Positions 31,010 to 39,987 of a DNA stretch of 60,641 bases are shown one piece after another (within the stretch, counting starts at the first letter, position 1; each line of letters opens with the position of its first letter). Source of the stretch: Campylobacteraceae bacterium (lineage in GTDB: Bacteria > Campylobacterota > Campylobacteria > Campylobacterales > Arcobacteraceae); contig JABSOL010000003.1 in NCBI GenBank assembly GCA_013215985.1, forward strand, positions 1-60,641. The letters run 5' to 3'. The notes under the pieces were generated by a model, which did no database searches, was not told where the DNA came from, and saw only the letters and a program-made list of their open reading frames with translations. Position numbers and translations under genes: made by a program.

Positions 31010-32378
31010 TTTCTTCCTTTTCCATCTTTTTATATAATTCTTTAAATGAGTGCACGGGGAATGAAGGTATATCTCTTGTTTTTCCCCAAACATTTAATTT
31101 ATTATAAATAAGTGCTTTTGGAATATGAGGTACAACTTTTCTAGCTAAGAAACCTAAAGTATCTAATAATTTTGGTCGCTCAAATACCCAAGTCATAGCT
31201 TTCATTGATAACATTTTTGATTTCTTTAAATGTCCATTTGCAGCTAAATCTTGTCTGTGATGATAAAGTTGTGAATCTAAATCAATTTTTACAGGACATA
31301 CATTTGTACAAGAACCACATAAAGTACAAGCAAATGGTAATGAATTATATTTTTTAGGATCTTTAAAAGCTGCTAAAGTAGAACCAATTGGTCCTGGAAT
31401 AACGTGCTCATAAGAATGACCACCAGATCTTCTATAAATAGGACAAGTATTCATACAAGCACCACATCTAATACAATTTAATGCTTGTCTATATTTTTCA
31501 CTAGCTAAAAATTCTGCTCTTTTATTATCTACAATAATAATATGCATTTCTCCACCCTCAATAGGTTGGTGAAAATGAGAAGTATAAGAAGTAATTGGTT
31601 GACCAGTTGCAGAACGTGCTAGAAGTCTAATAAATACACTTAAATCTTTAAGTCTTGGAATAATTTTTTCCATACCCATAGATGCAATATGAAGCTTAGG
31701 TAAAGAAGCACCCATATCAGCATTTCCTTCATTTGTACAAACAACAACTCCACCAGTTTCTGCAATTGCAAAGTTAACACCAGTAAGTCCAGCTTCTGCT
31801 GATAAAAAATCTTTTCTTAAAGCAGCACGTGCAGCACGTGTAAGATATGTTGGATCAATATTACCTTTTTCAGTCCCTAATTTTTCGTGAAAAGTTTCAG
31901 AAATATCTTCTCTTTTAAGGTGAATTGCTGGTAATACAATGTGTGAAGGTGGTTCATTTCTTAATTGAACTATTCTTTCACCTAAATCTGTATCAATTAC
32001 TTCAATTCCTCGCTCTTCTAAATAAGGATTTAAATGACACTCTTCAGTTAACATTGATTTTGATTTAACTAACTTTTTTACGTTTTTAGAAGCTAATAAT
32101 TTATATACAATTTCATTATGTTCAAGAGCATCTTTTGCCCAGTGAACAGTAATTCCTTTTGCAGTAGCATTTCTTTCAAACTCTTCTAAATAAAAATCCA
32201 TTTTATTCATAGTATGAGTTTTAATAGAACTTGCATATTCTCTAAGTTTCTCCCATTCAGGAAGTCCCTTAGAAGCTAAATCTCTTTTTTCTCTAACAAA
32301 CCATAATGCTTTGTCATGCCAATGCATTCTCTCATCATTTGCTACATATTTTGTAGCATTTTCAGCGTGATTAACCAT
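30999..32378 (-). CDS. lutB: Lactate utilisation iron-sulfur protein B
   Basis: Two 4Fe-4S motifs (CIRCGACMNTCP, CTLCGSCTNVCP) plus a LUD/DUF162 region; 459 aa. Confidence 0.9.
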   Translation of the reverse strand: MVNHAENATKYVANDERMHWHDKALWFVREKRDLASKGLPEWEKLREYASSIKTHTMNKMDFYLEEFERNATAKGITVHWAKDALEHNEIVYKLLASKNVKKLVKSKSMLTEECHLNPYLEERGIEVIDTDLGERIVQLRNEPPSHIVLPAIHLKREDISETFHEKLGTEKGNIDPTYLTRAARAALRKDFLSAEAGLTGVNFAIAETGGVVVCTNEGNADMGASLPKLHIASMGMEKIIPRLKDLSVFIRLLARSATGQPITSYTSHFHQPIEGGEMHIIIVDNKRAEFLASEKYRQALNCIRCGACMNTCPIYRRSGGHSYEHVIPGPIGSTLAAFKDPKKYNSLPFACTLCGSCTNVCPVKIDLDSQLYHHRQDLAANGHLKKSKMLSMKAMTWVFERPKLLDTLGFLARKVVPHIPKALIYNKLNVWGKTRDIPSFPVHSFKELYKKMEKEENDK

Positions 32379-33124
32379 TAGATTTCCTTACCTAAAAGGA
32401 TTTCAGAAATATGCATAACTTCAATAGGATTTTTATCTCTATTAATAAGACCTTGCATATGCATTAAACATGACATATCAGCACCAGTCATTACTCTAGC
32501 TTCATGTTTTAAGTGATCAGCAATTCTATCTTTACCCATTGCAGAAGATAAAGCATCTTCAGTTACACAAAATGTTCCACCGAATCCACAACATTCATCA
32601 TCTCTATTTAATTTAACAATTTCAATATCTTTAACAAGTGATAAAATGTTAAAAAGTTTTGAAGAGTATGGCACGTTAAGCTCAGTTGGTGTTCCCAATC
32701 CTAAAGCTCTGTGCCCGTGACAGGAGTTATGTAATCCCACTTTATGAGGGAAACTTACATCAAGTTTATCTAATTTAACAATATCATGTAAAAATTCAGT
32801 AATTTCATAGATTGAAGTTTTGATTTTATTATAATCTTTGTCATCAGCGTCAAATAATTCAGCATAATGTTCTTTAACCATAGTTACACAAGAACCAGAC
32901 GGTGCGACAACGTAATCAAACTCTTTAAAAGTATTAACAAAGTTCTGTGCTAATGTTTTAATGTCTTTTGAACAACCTGAATTTGCCATTGGCTGTCCAC
33001 AGCATGTTTGACTCATTGGATAAACAACATCGTAATTTAATTTCTTAAGTAATTTGTATGTTGCCATAGATGCTTCAGGATATAATTCATTCATAAAGCA
33101 GGGTATAAATAAACCTATTTTCAT
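32378..33124 (-). CDS. lutA: Lactate utilisation (Fe-S) oxidoreductase A (CCG domains)
   Basis: Two CCG motifs (CCGQPMANSG, CCGFGGTF); 248 aa. Start/stop junction with lutB. Confidence 0.9.
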   Translation of the reverse strand: MKIGLFIPCFMNELYPEASMATYKLLKKLNYDVVYPMSQTCCGQPMANSGCSKDIKTLAQNFVNTFKEFDYVVAPSGSCVTMVKEHYAELFDADDKDYNKIKTSIYEITEFLHDIVKLDKLDVSFPHKVGLHNSCHGHRALGLGTPTELNVPYSSKLFNILSLVKDIEIVKLNRDDECCGFGGTFCVTEDALSSAMGKDRIADHLKHEARVMTGADMSCLMHMQGLINRDKNPIEVMHISEILLGKEI

Positions 33125-33199
33125 AAGTACTCCTAGTATTAGTACTTGAATTATATCGAAGAGATATAATAATAGCGTGACATTTATGTCTAATCTACA

Positions 33200-33769
33200 T
33201 TATTTATACATAATTACAGTACAGTCATTTTCAAGGTATTTATTTATTATCTTAGTTTTTTTAGTTAATGTATTAATATAAGTTATTATTTCTTTTTTCT
33301 TAACTTTATTAAAAGAGTCTTTTTCTAGAAAGTTAAATATAAAAGCTTTATGGCAGTGGATAAAACAGTTTTTTATAAATTTAAATACTTCATTTTTATT
33401 TAATATATTCATAGCCCCTGAGCAGATATAATAATCTACAAAAGGTAAAGCATCTTCAAGTGCGTTTGAATGTAAAAAAGTTTTATTAGGAAATCGATCT
33501 TTTGAGATTCTTATCATTTCTTTTTCACAGTCAATTCCTAGATAATTTATATCATTAAATTCTTTCTCTAATATATATGTATAATAATCGGCAAATCCAC
33601 AACCGACATCTGCAAAAGATGATGTCTTAAAATCAAATGAAATTTCTTTTGTTATGATTTCAAATCTTCTATATTGTGAATATCTTGAGTTCCAATGAAC
33701 TCCTTGAGCAGAGATTCCATAATCTTGTATTGATTTTTTGTAGAATTTGCAATTATCTTTATATGCCAT
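33200..33769 (-). CDS. Class I SAM-dependent methyltransferase
   Basis: Motif I-like DVGCGFADYY; 189 aa. Overlaps the upstream deaminase gene by 1 nt. Confidence 0.65.
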   Translation of the reverse strand: MAYKDNCKFYKKSIQDYGISAQGVHWNSRYSQYRRFEIITKEISFDFKTSSFADVGCGFADYYTYILEKEFNDINYLGIDCEKEMIRISKDRFPNKTFLHSNALEDALPFVDYYICSGAMNILNKNEVFKFIKNCFIHCHKAFIFNFLEKDSFNKVKKKEIITYINTLTKKTKIINKYLENDCTVIMYK

Positions 33770-34200
33770 TATATTTGTTCAATCTTAATGCCATTTTGTT
33801 TTATAAAAGAAGATATTACTTCTGAATTTGTATGCTCATATGCTCTATCAAATACTATTCGAGTAATTCCCGATGCAATTAAATTTTTAGAACATTCACT
33901 ACAAGGTTCTAATGTTACAAAAATACTAGCACCTTCTATTGATATACCTTTTCTTGCAGCCCATATAATTGCATTCATTTCTGCATGGATTTCATAAGTT
34001 TTTGACCATTCGTGATGATCTTTTGTATAGTTACCATCCCAATGGTCATTACAGTTAGTAAATCCAGCTGGAGTTCCATTATAACCTGTAGATAATATTC
34101 TCCCATCTTTAACAATTACAGCTCCAACTTGTTTTGATACACATTTTGAGGCTTTTGATATTTCATGCGCTATATTTATAAAATTCTTATCACTTATCAC
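33769..34200 (-). CDS. Deoxycytidylate (dCMP) deaminase / ComEB-like
   Basis: Zn-binding motifs HAEMNAI and PCSECSK; 143 aa. Confidence 0.85.
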   Translation of the reverse strand: MISDKNFINIAHEISKASKCVSKQVGAVIVKDGRILSTGYNGTPAGFTNCNDHWDGNYTKDHHEWSKTYEIHAEMNAIIWAARKGISIEGASIFVTLEPCSECSKNLIASGITRIVFDRAYEHTNSEVISSFIKQNGIKIEQI

Positions 34201-34260
34201 TATTTTTTCCCTTTTTTATCATGAAATATTGTTATTTATCAAATTCCTTGTTTTTTAGTA

Positions 34261-34392
34261 AAATATGCTCAAATATGCAAAAAAAAGGGATAAATCCGTA
34301 GAAATATGCAAAAATTGAGTGCTTTTTTACAAAAATATGAAATTTGTTTTATTTAAATATAATTAATTTTACTGTATTATAACAAAAATATG
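34261..34392. repeat. Five helically phased AAATATG(C/A)AAA repeats in the comEB / accB divergent intergenic region
   Basis: AAATATG starts at 34261, 34271, 34302, 34333 and 34386 (gaps 10, 31, 31, 53). Copies 2 and 3 share the 13-mer AAATATGCAAAAA. Copies 4 and 5 share the 14-mer ACAAAAATATGAAA. Confidence 0.6.
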
Positions 34393-34409
34393 AAAAATAA
34401 AGGCTAGAT

Positions 34410-34865
34410 ATGGACTTCAAAGAAATAAAAGAATTAATAAGAGTTTTTGATAAAAGTGAATTAAATAAATTAAAAGTTAAAGACGAAAATTTTGAAATTG
34501 CTTTACAAAAAGGTTTTGAAGGTGGTACTGTTGTTACGACTGCACCTGTAGCTGCTGCAGCACCTGTTGCTGTATTAGCTGCACCTGCTGCTGCGCCTCT
34601 TTCATCAAATGTAGAAGAAAACTTAGGTGATACAATTGATGCACCAATGATTGGAACATTTTATGCATCTCCATCTCCAGAAGCTAGTAATTTTGTTAAA
34701 GTTGGAGATACTGTTTCTAAAGGTCAAACTTTATGTATTTTAGAAGCTATGAAAATTATGAATGAAGTTGAAGCTGAATTTGATTGTAAAATCGTGAAAA
34801 TTCTTGTTGAAGATGGTAATCCTGTTGAATATGACATGCCTTTATTCGTAGTTGAAAAACTTTAA
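34410..34865 (+). CDS. accB: Acetyl-CoA carboxylase biotin carboxyl carrier protein
   Basis: Ala/Pro-rich linker and biotinylation motif EAMKIMN. Confidence 0.95.
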   Translation: MDFKEIKELIRVFDKSELNKLKVKDENFEIALQKGFEGGTVVTTAPVAAAAPVAVLAAPAAAPLSSNVEENLGDTIDAPMIGTFYASPSPEASNFVKVGDTVSKGQTLCILEAMKIMNEVEAEFDCKIVKILVEDGNPVEYDMPLFVVEKL

Positions 34866-34873
34866 GAGCTGAT

Positions 34874-36232
34874 ATGGCTGAAATTAAAAAAATATTAATC
34901 GCTAACAGAGGCGAAATAGTTCAAAGAGCTGTTAGAACGATTAGAGAAATGGGTAAAAAGTCTGTTGCTGTTTATTCTTCTGGAGATAAAGAAGCTTCAT
35001 ATTTAAAGCATGCTGATGAAGCTGTGTGTATTGGTGGACCTAAGTCAGCTGATTCATATTTAAATATTCCTGCAATTATTGCTGCTGCTGAAATGACTGG
35101 CTGTGATGCAATTTTTCCTGGTTACGGATTTTTATCTGAAAACCAAGATTTTGTAGAAATCTGTAGATTACATAATATTAAATTTATTGGACCTTCTGTA
35201 GAAGTTATGGAAAAAATGGCTGATAAATCTAAAGCAAAAGATGAAATGATTAGAGCAGGTGTTCCTGTTGTACCTGGTTCTGATGGAGCTGTTCATACTG
35301 TTGAAGAAGGTAAACGAGTTGCTCTTGAAATTGGATATCCAATTATGGCTAAAGCTGCCGCTGGTGGTGGTGGAAGAGGTCTTAGACTAATTACTGAAGA
35401 AAAAGATTTTGAACAACTATTTATGGCGGCTTCTTCTGAAGCTTTAGCTGCATTTGGTGATGGAACAATGTATTTAGAGAGATTTATTAATAATCCTAGA
35501 CATATTGAAGTTCAAGTAATTGGAGATTCTCACGGTAATGCTATTCACATTGGTGAGAGAGATTGTTCACTTCAAAGAAGACATCAAAAAGTAATTGAAG
35601 AATCACCTGCAAGATTTTTAGATGAAGAAGCAAGAACTAAACTTCATGCAGTTGCTGTAAAAGCAACTAAATATTTAAAATATGAAGGTGCTGGTACTTT
35701 TGAATTCTTAGCTGATGATAAACAAAATATTTATTTCATGGAAATGAATACAAGACTTCAAGTTGAACATCCTGTTTCTGAGATGGTTTCAGGATTAGAT
35801 TTAATTGAATTAATGATTAAAGTTGCTGAAGGTGAAGAACTTCCTCCACAAGAATCAATTAAATTCAGAGGTCATTCAATCGAATGTAGAATTACTGCTG
35901 AAGATCCTAATACATTTTTACCAAGTCCTGGAAAAATCACTCAATGGATGGTTCCTGGTGGAAGAAATGTAAGAGTAGATTCTCATGTTTATACAAACTA
36001 TGTAGTTCCACAATATTACGATTCTATGATTGGAAAACTTATTGTTTGGGGTAGAGATAGAGAAAAAGCAATTAATATTATGAAAAGAGCTTTAAACGAG
36101 TTCGAAGTAACTGGTATTAAAACTACTATTCCTTTCCACCAAAGAATGATGGAAAATAATGATTTCTTAACAAATAATTATGATACAAAATATTTAGAAA
36201 ACTACAAAACTTTAGACGACTTAAATAACTAA
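34874..36232 (+). CDS. accC: Acetyl-CoA carboxylase biotin carboxylase subunit
   Basis: ATP-grasp biotin carboxylase (KILIANRGEI, GGGGRGLR, EMNTRLQVEHPVSE); 452 aa. Confidence 0.95.
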   Translation: MAEIKKILIANRGEIVQRAVRTIREMGKKSVAVYSSGDKEASYLKHADEAVCIGGPKSADSYLNIPAIIAAAEMTGCDAIFPGYGFLSENQDFVEICRLHNIKFIGPSVEVMEKMADKSKAKDEMIRAGVPVVPGSDGAVHTVEEGKRVALEIGYPIMAKAAAGGGGRGLRLITEEKDFEQLFMAASSEALAAFGDGTMYLERFINNPRHIEVQVIGDSHGNAIHIGERDCSLQRRHQKVIEESPARFLDEEARTKLHAVAVKATKYLKYEGAGTFEFLADDKQNIYFMEMNTRLQVEHPVSEMVSGLDLIELMIKVAEGEELPPQESIKFRGHSIECRITAEDPNTFLPSPGKITQWMVPGGRNVRVDSHVYTNYVVPQYYDSMIGKLIVWGRDREKAINIMKRALNEFEVTGIKTTIPFHQRMMENNDFLTNNYDTKYLENYKTLDDLNN

Positions 36233-36239
36233 ATGATTT

Positions 36240-36263
36240 AAACTAGTGTTTTTACACTAGTTT
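36240..36263 (+). terminator. Terminator after accC
   Basis: Perfect 10-bp stem AAACTAGTGT-TTTT-ACACTAGTTT, 8 nt after the stop. Confidence 0.6.
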
Positions 36264-36446
36264 AGTCAAACTACAACACTAACAAATATATAAAAGCTTA
36301 AATTAATATTAAACAAGTTATAATGCGGAAAATATACACACTTATATACTAATATCCCTAACGGTGACAGCTTAATACAACATTCTTGTTTTTGTTTATT
36401 GAAGCCTATATATACGTGTATATCAAAAAAATATACAAGGTAAAAT

Positions 36447-38084
36447 ATGACTTTTAGTGAATTTGATTTTCAAAAAGAACTACACAAAGCAATCGACGAA
36501 GCAGGATTTACAGAACCATCTCCTATCCAACAAGAAGCTATTCCTATTATTCTTAGCGGTAAAGATATTGTTGCACAAGCACAAACAGGAACTGGTAAAA
36601 CAGCTGCATTTGGTCTTCCAGTTTTAAACATGATGAAAAAAGAAAGAGGCGTTCAAGGTATCGTTATCTGTCCTACAAGAGAATTAGCAATGCAAGTTTC
36701 TGACGAAATCTTTAAATTTGGAAAATTCTTAAATATCTCTACTGCTACAGTTTATGGTGGACAATCATACTCTAGACAATTAAAACACATTGAAACTGCA
36801 GGTATTATCGTTGCAACTCCAGGTAGATTAATTGATTTATTAAAAACTGGAAAAATCAACATTAAACCTTCATTCGTAATCTTAGATGAAGCAGATGAAA
36901 TGTTAGATATGGGATTCTTAGATGATATTAAAGAAATCTTTACATTTATGCCAGAAGAAAGACAAACATTATTATTCTCAGCAACTATGCCTGCTGCGAT
37001 TAGAAATTTAGCAAAAACTATTTTAAAAGAACCAGAATTTATTACATTAACTAAGAAAAATATTACTAATACTAATATTACTCAATCTTTTTATGTAGTT
37101 GATGAATATGAAAGAGATGATGCTTTAATTAGATTATATGATTATAAAAATCCTACTAAATCTATTATCTTTTGTAGAACTAAAAAAGAAGTTGATAGAC
37201 TTTCTACATATATGGTATCTCAAGGTTATTCTGCAAAAGGTCTTCACGGAGATATGGAGCAAAGACAAAGAGAAGAAGCTATTAGAGCATTCAAAAAATC
37301 TTCATTAGAAGTTTTAGTTGCTACTGATGTTGCTGCTCGTGGACTTGATGTTAATGACGTTTCTCACGTATTTAACTACCATTTACCATTTGATTCTGAG
37401 TCTTATGTACATAGAATCGGAAGAACAGGAAGAGCTGGTAAAAAAGGTGTTGCTGTTTCAATTGTAACTCCTCATGAGTTCAGAATGATTCAAAGAATTC
37501 AAAAAGATAATGGTTCTACAATCGAAGCTAAAGTTGTTCCTAATATCAATTTAGTTAGAGAGAAAAAAACTAATTCACTTGTTGGAAGAGTTAAAGAACA
37601 AGAATCTTTCGAAGCTGGAATGAAAATTGTAGAAATGTTAAAAGAAGAATTTGACTTATCTACTATTGCTTATAAATTAGCTGCTATGTTAGTAGAAGAT
37701 GAAAAAGTATCTGGTAACAACTTTATTGGTAAATCTGCGAGTGATATCGAAAGATTATACGAAAGAATGAAAAACCAAAAAGATGACGGTGGTCGTGGTG
37801 GTCGTGGTCAAGGTCACTTTAGAAACAGAAATAGAGGCGGTTCTAGAGGAGATTCTAGAGGTGGTTCAAGAGACTCAAGAGGTGGATCAAGAGATTCAGG
37901 TTCAAGAGATTCTAGAGGTGGTTCAAGAGACTCAAGAGGTGGATCAAGAGATTCAGGTTCTAGAGATTCTAGAGGTGGTTCAAGAGACTCAAGAGGCGGT
38001 TCAAGAGACTCAAGAGGCGGATCAAGAGATTCAGGTTCTAGAGATTCAAGAAACGGTTCAAGAGAATCAAGAGATAGAGGTTAG
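36447..38084 (+). CDS. DEAD-box ATP-dependent RNA helicase with a repetitive Arg/Ser/Gly/Asp-rich C-terminal tail
   Basis: Q-motif, AQTGTGKT, DEAD, SAT, HRIGRTGRAG, and a DbpA/CsdA-like length core. The last ~85 residues are GGSRDSR-type repeats. Confidence 0.95.
   Translation: MTFSEFDFQKELHKAIDEAGFTEPSPIQQEAIPIILSGKDIVAQAQTGTGKTAAFGLPVLNMMKKERGVQGIVICPTRELAMQVSDEIFKFGKFLNISTATVYGGQSYSRQLKHIETAGIIVATPGRLIDLLKTGKINIKPSFVILDEADEMLDMGFLDDIKEIFTFMPEERQTLLFSATMPAAIRNLAKTILKEPEFITLTKKNITNTNITQSFYVVDEYERDDALIRLYDYKNPTKSIIFCRTKKEVDRLSTYMVSQGYSAKGLHGDMEQRQREEAIRAFKKSSLEVLVATDVAARGLDVNDVSHVFNYHLPFDSESYVHRIGRTGRAGKKGVAVSIVTPHEFRMIQRIQKDNGSTIEAKVVPNINLVREKKTNSLVGRVKEQESFEAGMKIVEMLKEEFDLSTIAYKLAAMLVEDEKVSGNNFIGKSASDIERLYERMKNQKDDGGRGGRGQGHFRNRNRGGSRGDSRGGSRDSRGGSRDSGSRDSRGGSRDSRGGSRDSGSRDSRGGSRDSRGGSRDSRGGSRDSGSRDSRNGSRESRDRG
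37836..38081 (+). repeat. In-frame tandem repeat (21-nt GGSRDSR unit; 57-nt higher-order unit) within the helicase 3' end
   Basis: The 57-nt units at 37860-37916 and 37917-37973 differ at a single nucleotide by my alignment. Further degenerate copies follow to 38081. Confidence 0.85.
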
Positions 38085-38350
38085 TCCCTCTTTCTCTACC
38101 CCCTTTTTTATACTTTAAAAATAAAATCTACTTAATTCTAATCTACTTATTCAAAATCATTTTAAATATCCTAAATAACAAAATAAATACAATAAGTTTA
38201 ATAAACTTTTCAAAATAATTATATATATAATATAGATATCACTCATAATATAGATATTAAAGTAATATAAATTTAAGTTATACCTAAGTTTCTTATAATG
38301 AATAAATTACTATAATCGCACAAATATCTAAAGGTATAAAAAGGTTTATC

Positions 38351-39931
38351 TTGAATAACAAAACAATTGAAAAAATAGATGTTAATGTTTTAGAAAATTT
38401 ATCTTCATTTTCTAAACTTGCAATAGCATTTTTATTTGTTGTATTAGTTTTTATTTGGTCATACTTTACTCATGGTGCTTTATCTAATAGTAATTTTTTA
38501 ATTATTGGTGCAGTATTTGGTGCTTACATGGCTATGAACATTGGAGCTAATGATGTTGCAAACAATGTAGGACCTGCTGTTGGCTCAAAAGCTATGACTA
38601 TGACGTGGGCAATTATAATTGCTGCTATATTTGAGGGTCTTGGTGCTTTCATTGCTGGTGGGGATGTTGTAAATACTATTAAAAAGGGAATTATTGATCC
38701 TGCTTTAATTTCTGATCCGCAAATATTTATTTGGGTTATGACGGCTGCTTTATTATCAGCTGCTGTTTGGTTAAACTTTGCAACTGCAATTGGTGCTCCT
38801 GTTTCAACTACTCACTCAATTGTTGGTGGAGTTATGGGTGCCGGTATTGCTGCTGCTGGTTTCTCTATTGTTGACTGGGGAACAATGGCTAAGATTGCTT
38901 CTTCTTGGATTATATCTCCATTATTAGGTGGTATTGTTGCAGCATTATTTTTATATTTTATAAAAGTTAAAATAATGTATAAAAAAGATATGTTAAATTC
39001 TGCTATTAAAGTAGTGCCTTATTTAATTTCTTTAATGACTTTTGTATTTTCTACATATTTAATTTTAAAAGGTTTGAAAAAACTAATTAAACTTGATTTA
39101 TTTGAAGCGGCTGGAATTGCATTAGTTATTGCGCTTACTGTATATTTTATTGTTAAACCTTTAATATTAAAAGCAGCTGTTAAGTTAGAAAATAATAGAT
39201 CTGATGTTAATTCATTATTTACTATTCCATTAATTTTTGCTGCTGCTTTATTATCATTTGCTCATGGTGCTAATGATGTTGCTAATGCAATTGGACCTTT
39301 AGCTGCTATTAATGATGCAGTTGTTAATTTAGGAATATCTTCAAAAGTTGGAATTCCTTTTTGGGTTATGGGAATTGGAGCTTTAGGAATTGCTGTTGGA
39401 TTAGCTTTATATGGTCCTAAGCTTATTAGAACTGTTGGTAGTGAAATTACTGAGTTAGATCAAGTAAGAGCATTCTCAATAGCTATGGCCGCTGCTATTA
39501 CTGTTATTATAGCTTCTCAATTAGGTTTACCTGTTTCTTCAACTCATATTGCAGTTGGTGGAGTATTTGGTGTTGGATTTTTAAGAGAATACTTAGACTC
39601 ATCTGAGAGTAAAATGATTTCTAGTATGAGAAAAAAACTTAAAAAAGAGAAAAAAGAATTAGATGCTTTAGAAAAAGAATTAGATAAAATCGAAAAAATC
39701 GAGAAAAAATCTAAAAATGATTATCAAAGAATTGTTGAACTTTATAAAATGATTGATGATAAAATTGAATTAGTTAAAGCTGATAAAAAAGAATTTAAAT
39801 CTGCAAAAAGCGTAAAATATGTTAAAAGAGATGCTGTTAAAAAAATCATTTCTGCATGGGTAATTACTGTACCTGCAGCTGCTTGTTTATCGGCTGCTGT
39901 ATTCTTTATGATTAGAGGAATAATGTTATAA
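38351..39931 (+). CDS. pitA: Inorganic phosphate transporter, PiT family
   Basis: Duplicated GANDVAN signature (GANDVANNVGP, GANDVANAIGP) and a large charged cytoplasmic loop. The start used by the ORF track is TTG. Confidence 0.9.
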   Translation: MNNKTIEKIDVNVLENLSSFSKLAIAFLFVVLVFIWSYFTHGALSNSNFLIIGAVFGAYMAMNIGANDVANNVGPAVGSKAMTMTWAIIIAAIFEGLGAFIAGGDVVNTIKKGIIDPALISDPQIFIWVMTAALLSAAVWLNFATAIGAPVSTTHSIVGGVMGAGIAAAGFSIVDWGTMAKIASSWIISPLLGGIVAALFLYFIKVKIMYKKDMLNSAIKVVPYLISLMTFVFSTYLILKGLKKLIKLDLFEAAGIALVIALTVYFIVKPLILKAAVKLENNRSDVNSLFTIPLIFAAALLSFAHGANDVANAIGPLAAINDAVVNLGISSKVGIPFWVMGIGALGIAVGLALYGPKLIRTVGSEITELDQVRAFSIAMAAAITVIIASQLGLPVSSTHIAVGGVFGVGFLREYLDSSESKMISSMRKKLKKEKKELDALEKELDKIEKIEKKSKNDYQRIVELYKMIDDKIELVKADKKEFKSAKSVKYVKRDAVKKIISAWVITVPAAACLSAAVFFMIRGIML

Positions 39932-39958
39932 ATAATTGGGCTTTATCCCTTTTATGAT

Positions 39959-39986
39959 AAAATCCTTTTATAATTAAAAGGATTTT
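39959..39986 (+). terminator. Hairpin after the PiT gene, overlapping the ribosome-binding site of the next gene
   Basis: Perfect 11-bp stem AAAATCCTTTT-ATAATT-AAAAGGATTTT. The descending arm contains AAAGGA. Confidence 0.55.
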
Positions 39987-39987
39987 T

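Noticed and set aside
30425-31093. Long N-terminal extensions in ORF-track calls: lutC from 31093, trxA from 9060, orphan SBP from 43184, regulator from 59243.
   Set aside because: In each case an internal ATG with a good SD gives a protein starting at the family-typical N-terminus, and the extension overlaps the upstream gene or promoter. The shorter coordinates are used in the feature list.
33125-33147. Small hairpin (AAGTACT-N9-AGTACTT) overlapping the lutA Shine-Dalgarno/start spacer, considered as a translational control element.
   Set aside because: It is a 7-bp, mostly A-U stem and is likely too weak to matter. It cannot be evaluated without folding energies or conservation.
36331-36446. 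About a 115-nt 5' leader of the DEAD-box helicase gene with ATATACAC/GTGTATAT long-range complementarity and four TATATAC copies, considered as a cold-shock-type regulatory leader.
   Set aside because: Promoter placement is a guess (a TATAAT at 36319-36324). The pairing is only 8 bp in AT-rich sequence. It is not testable by eye.
37783-38118. 111-aa ORF in an alternative frame over the helicase 3' repeat (VQETQEVDQEIQ...).
   Set aside because: It is an artefact of the 21/57-nt tandem repeat being open in a second frame. The helicase frame is continuous with conserved DEAD-box motifs.
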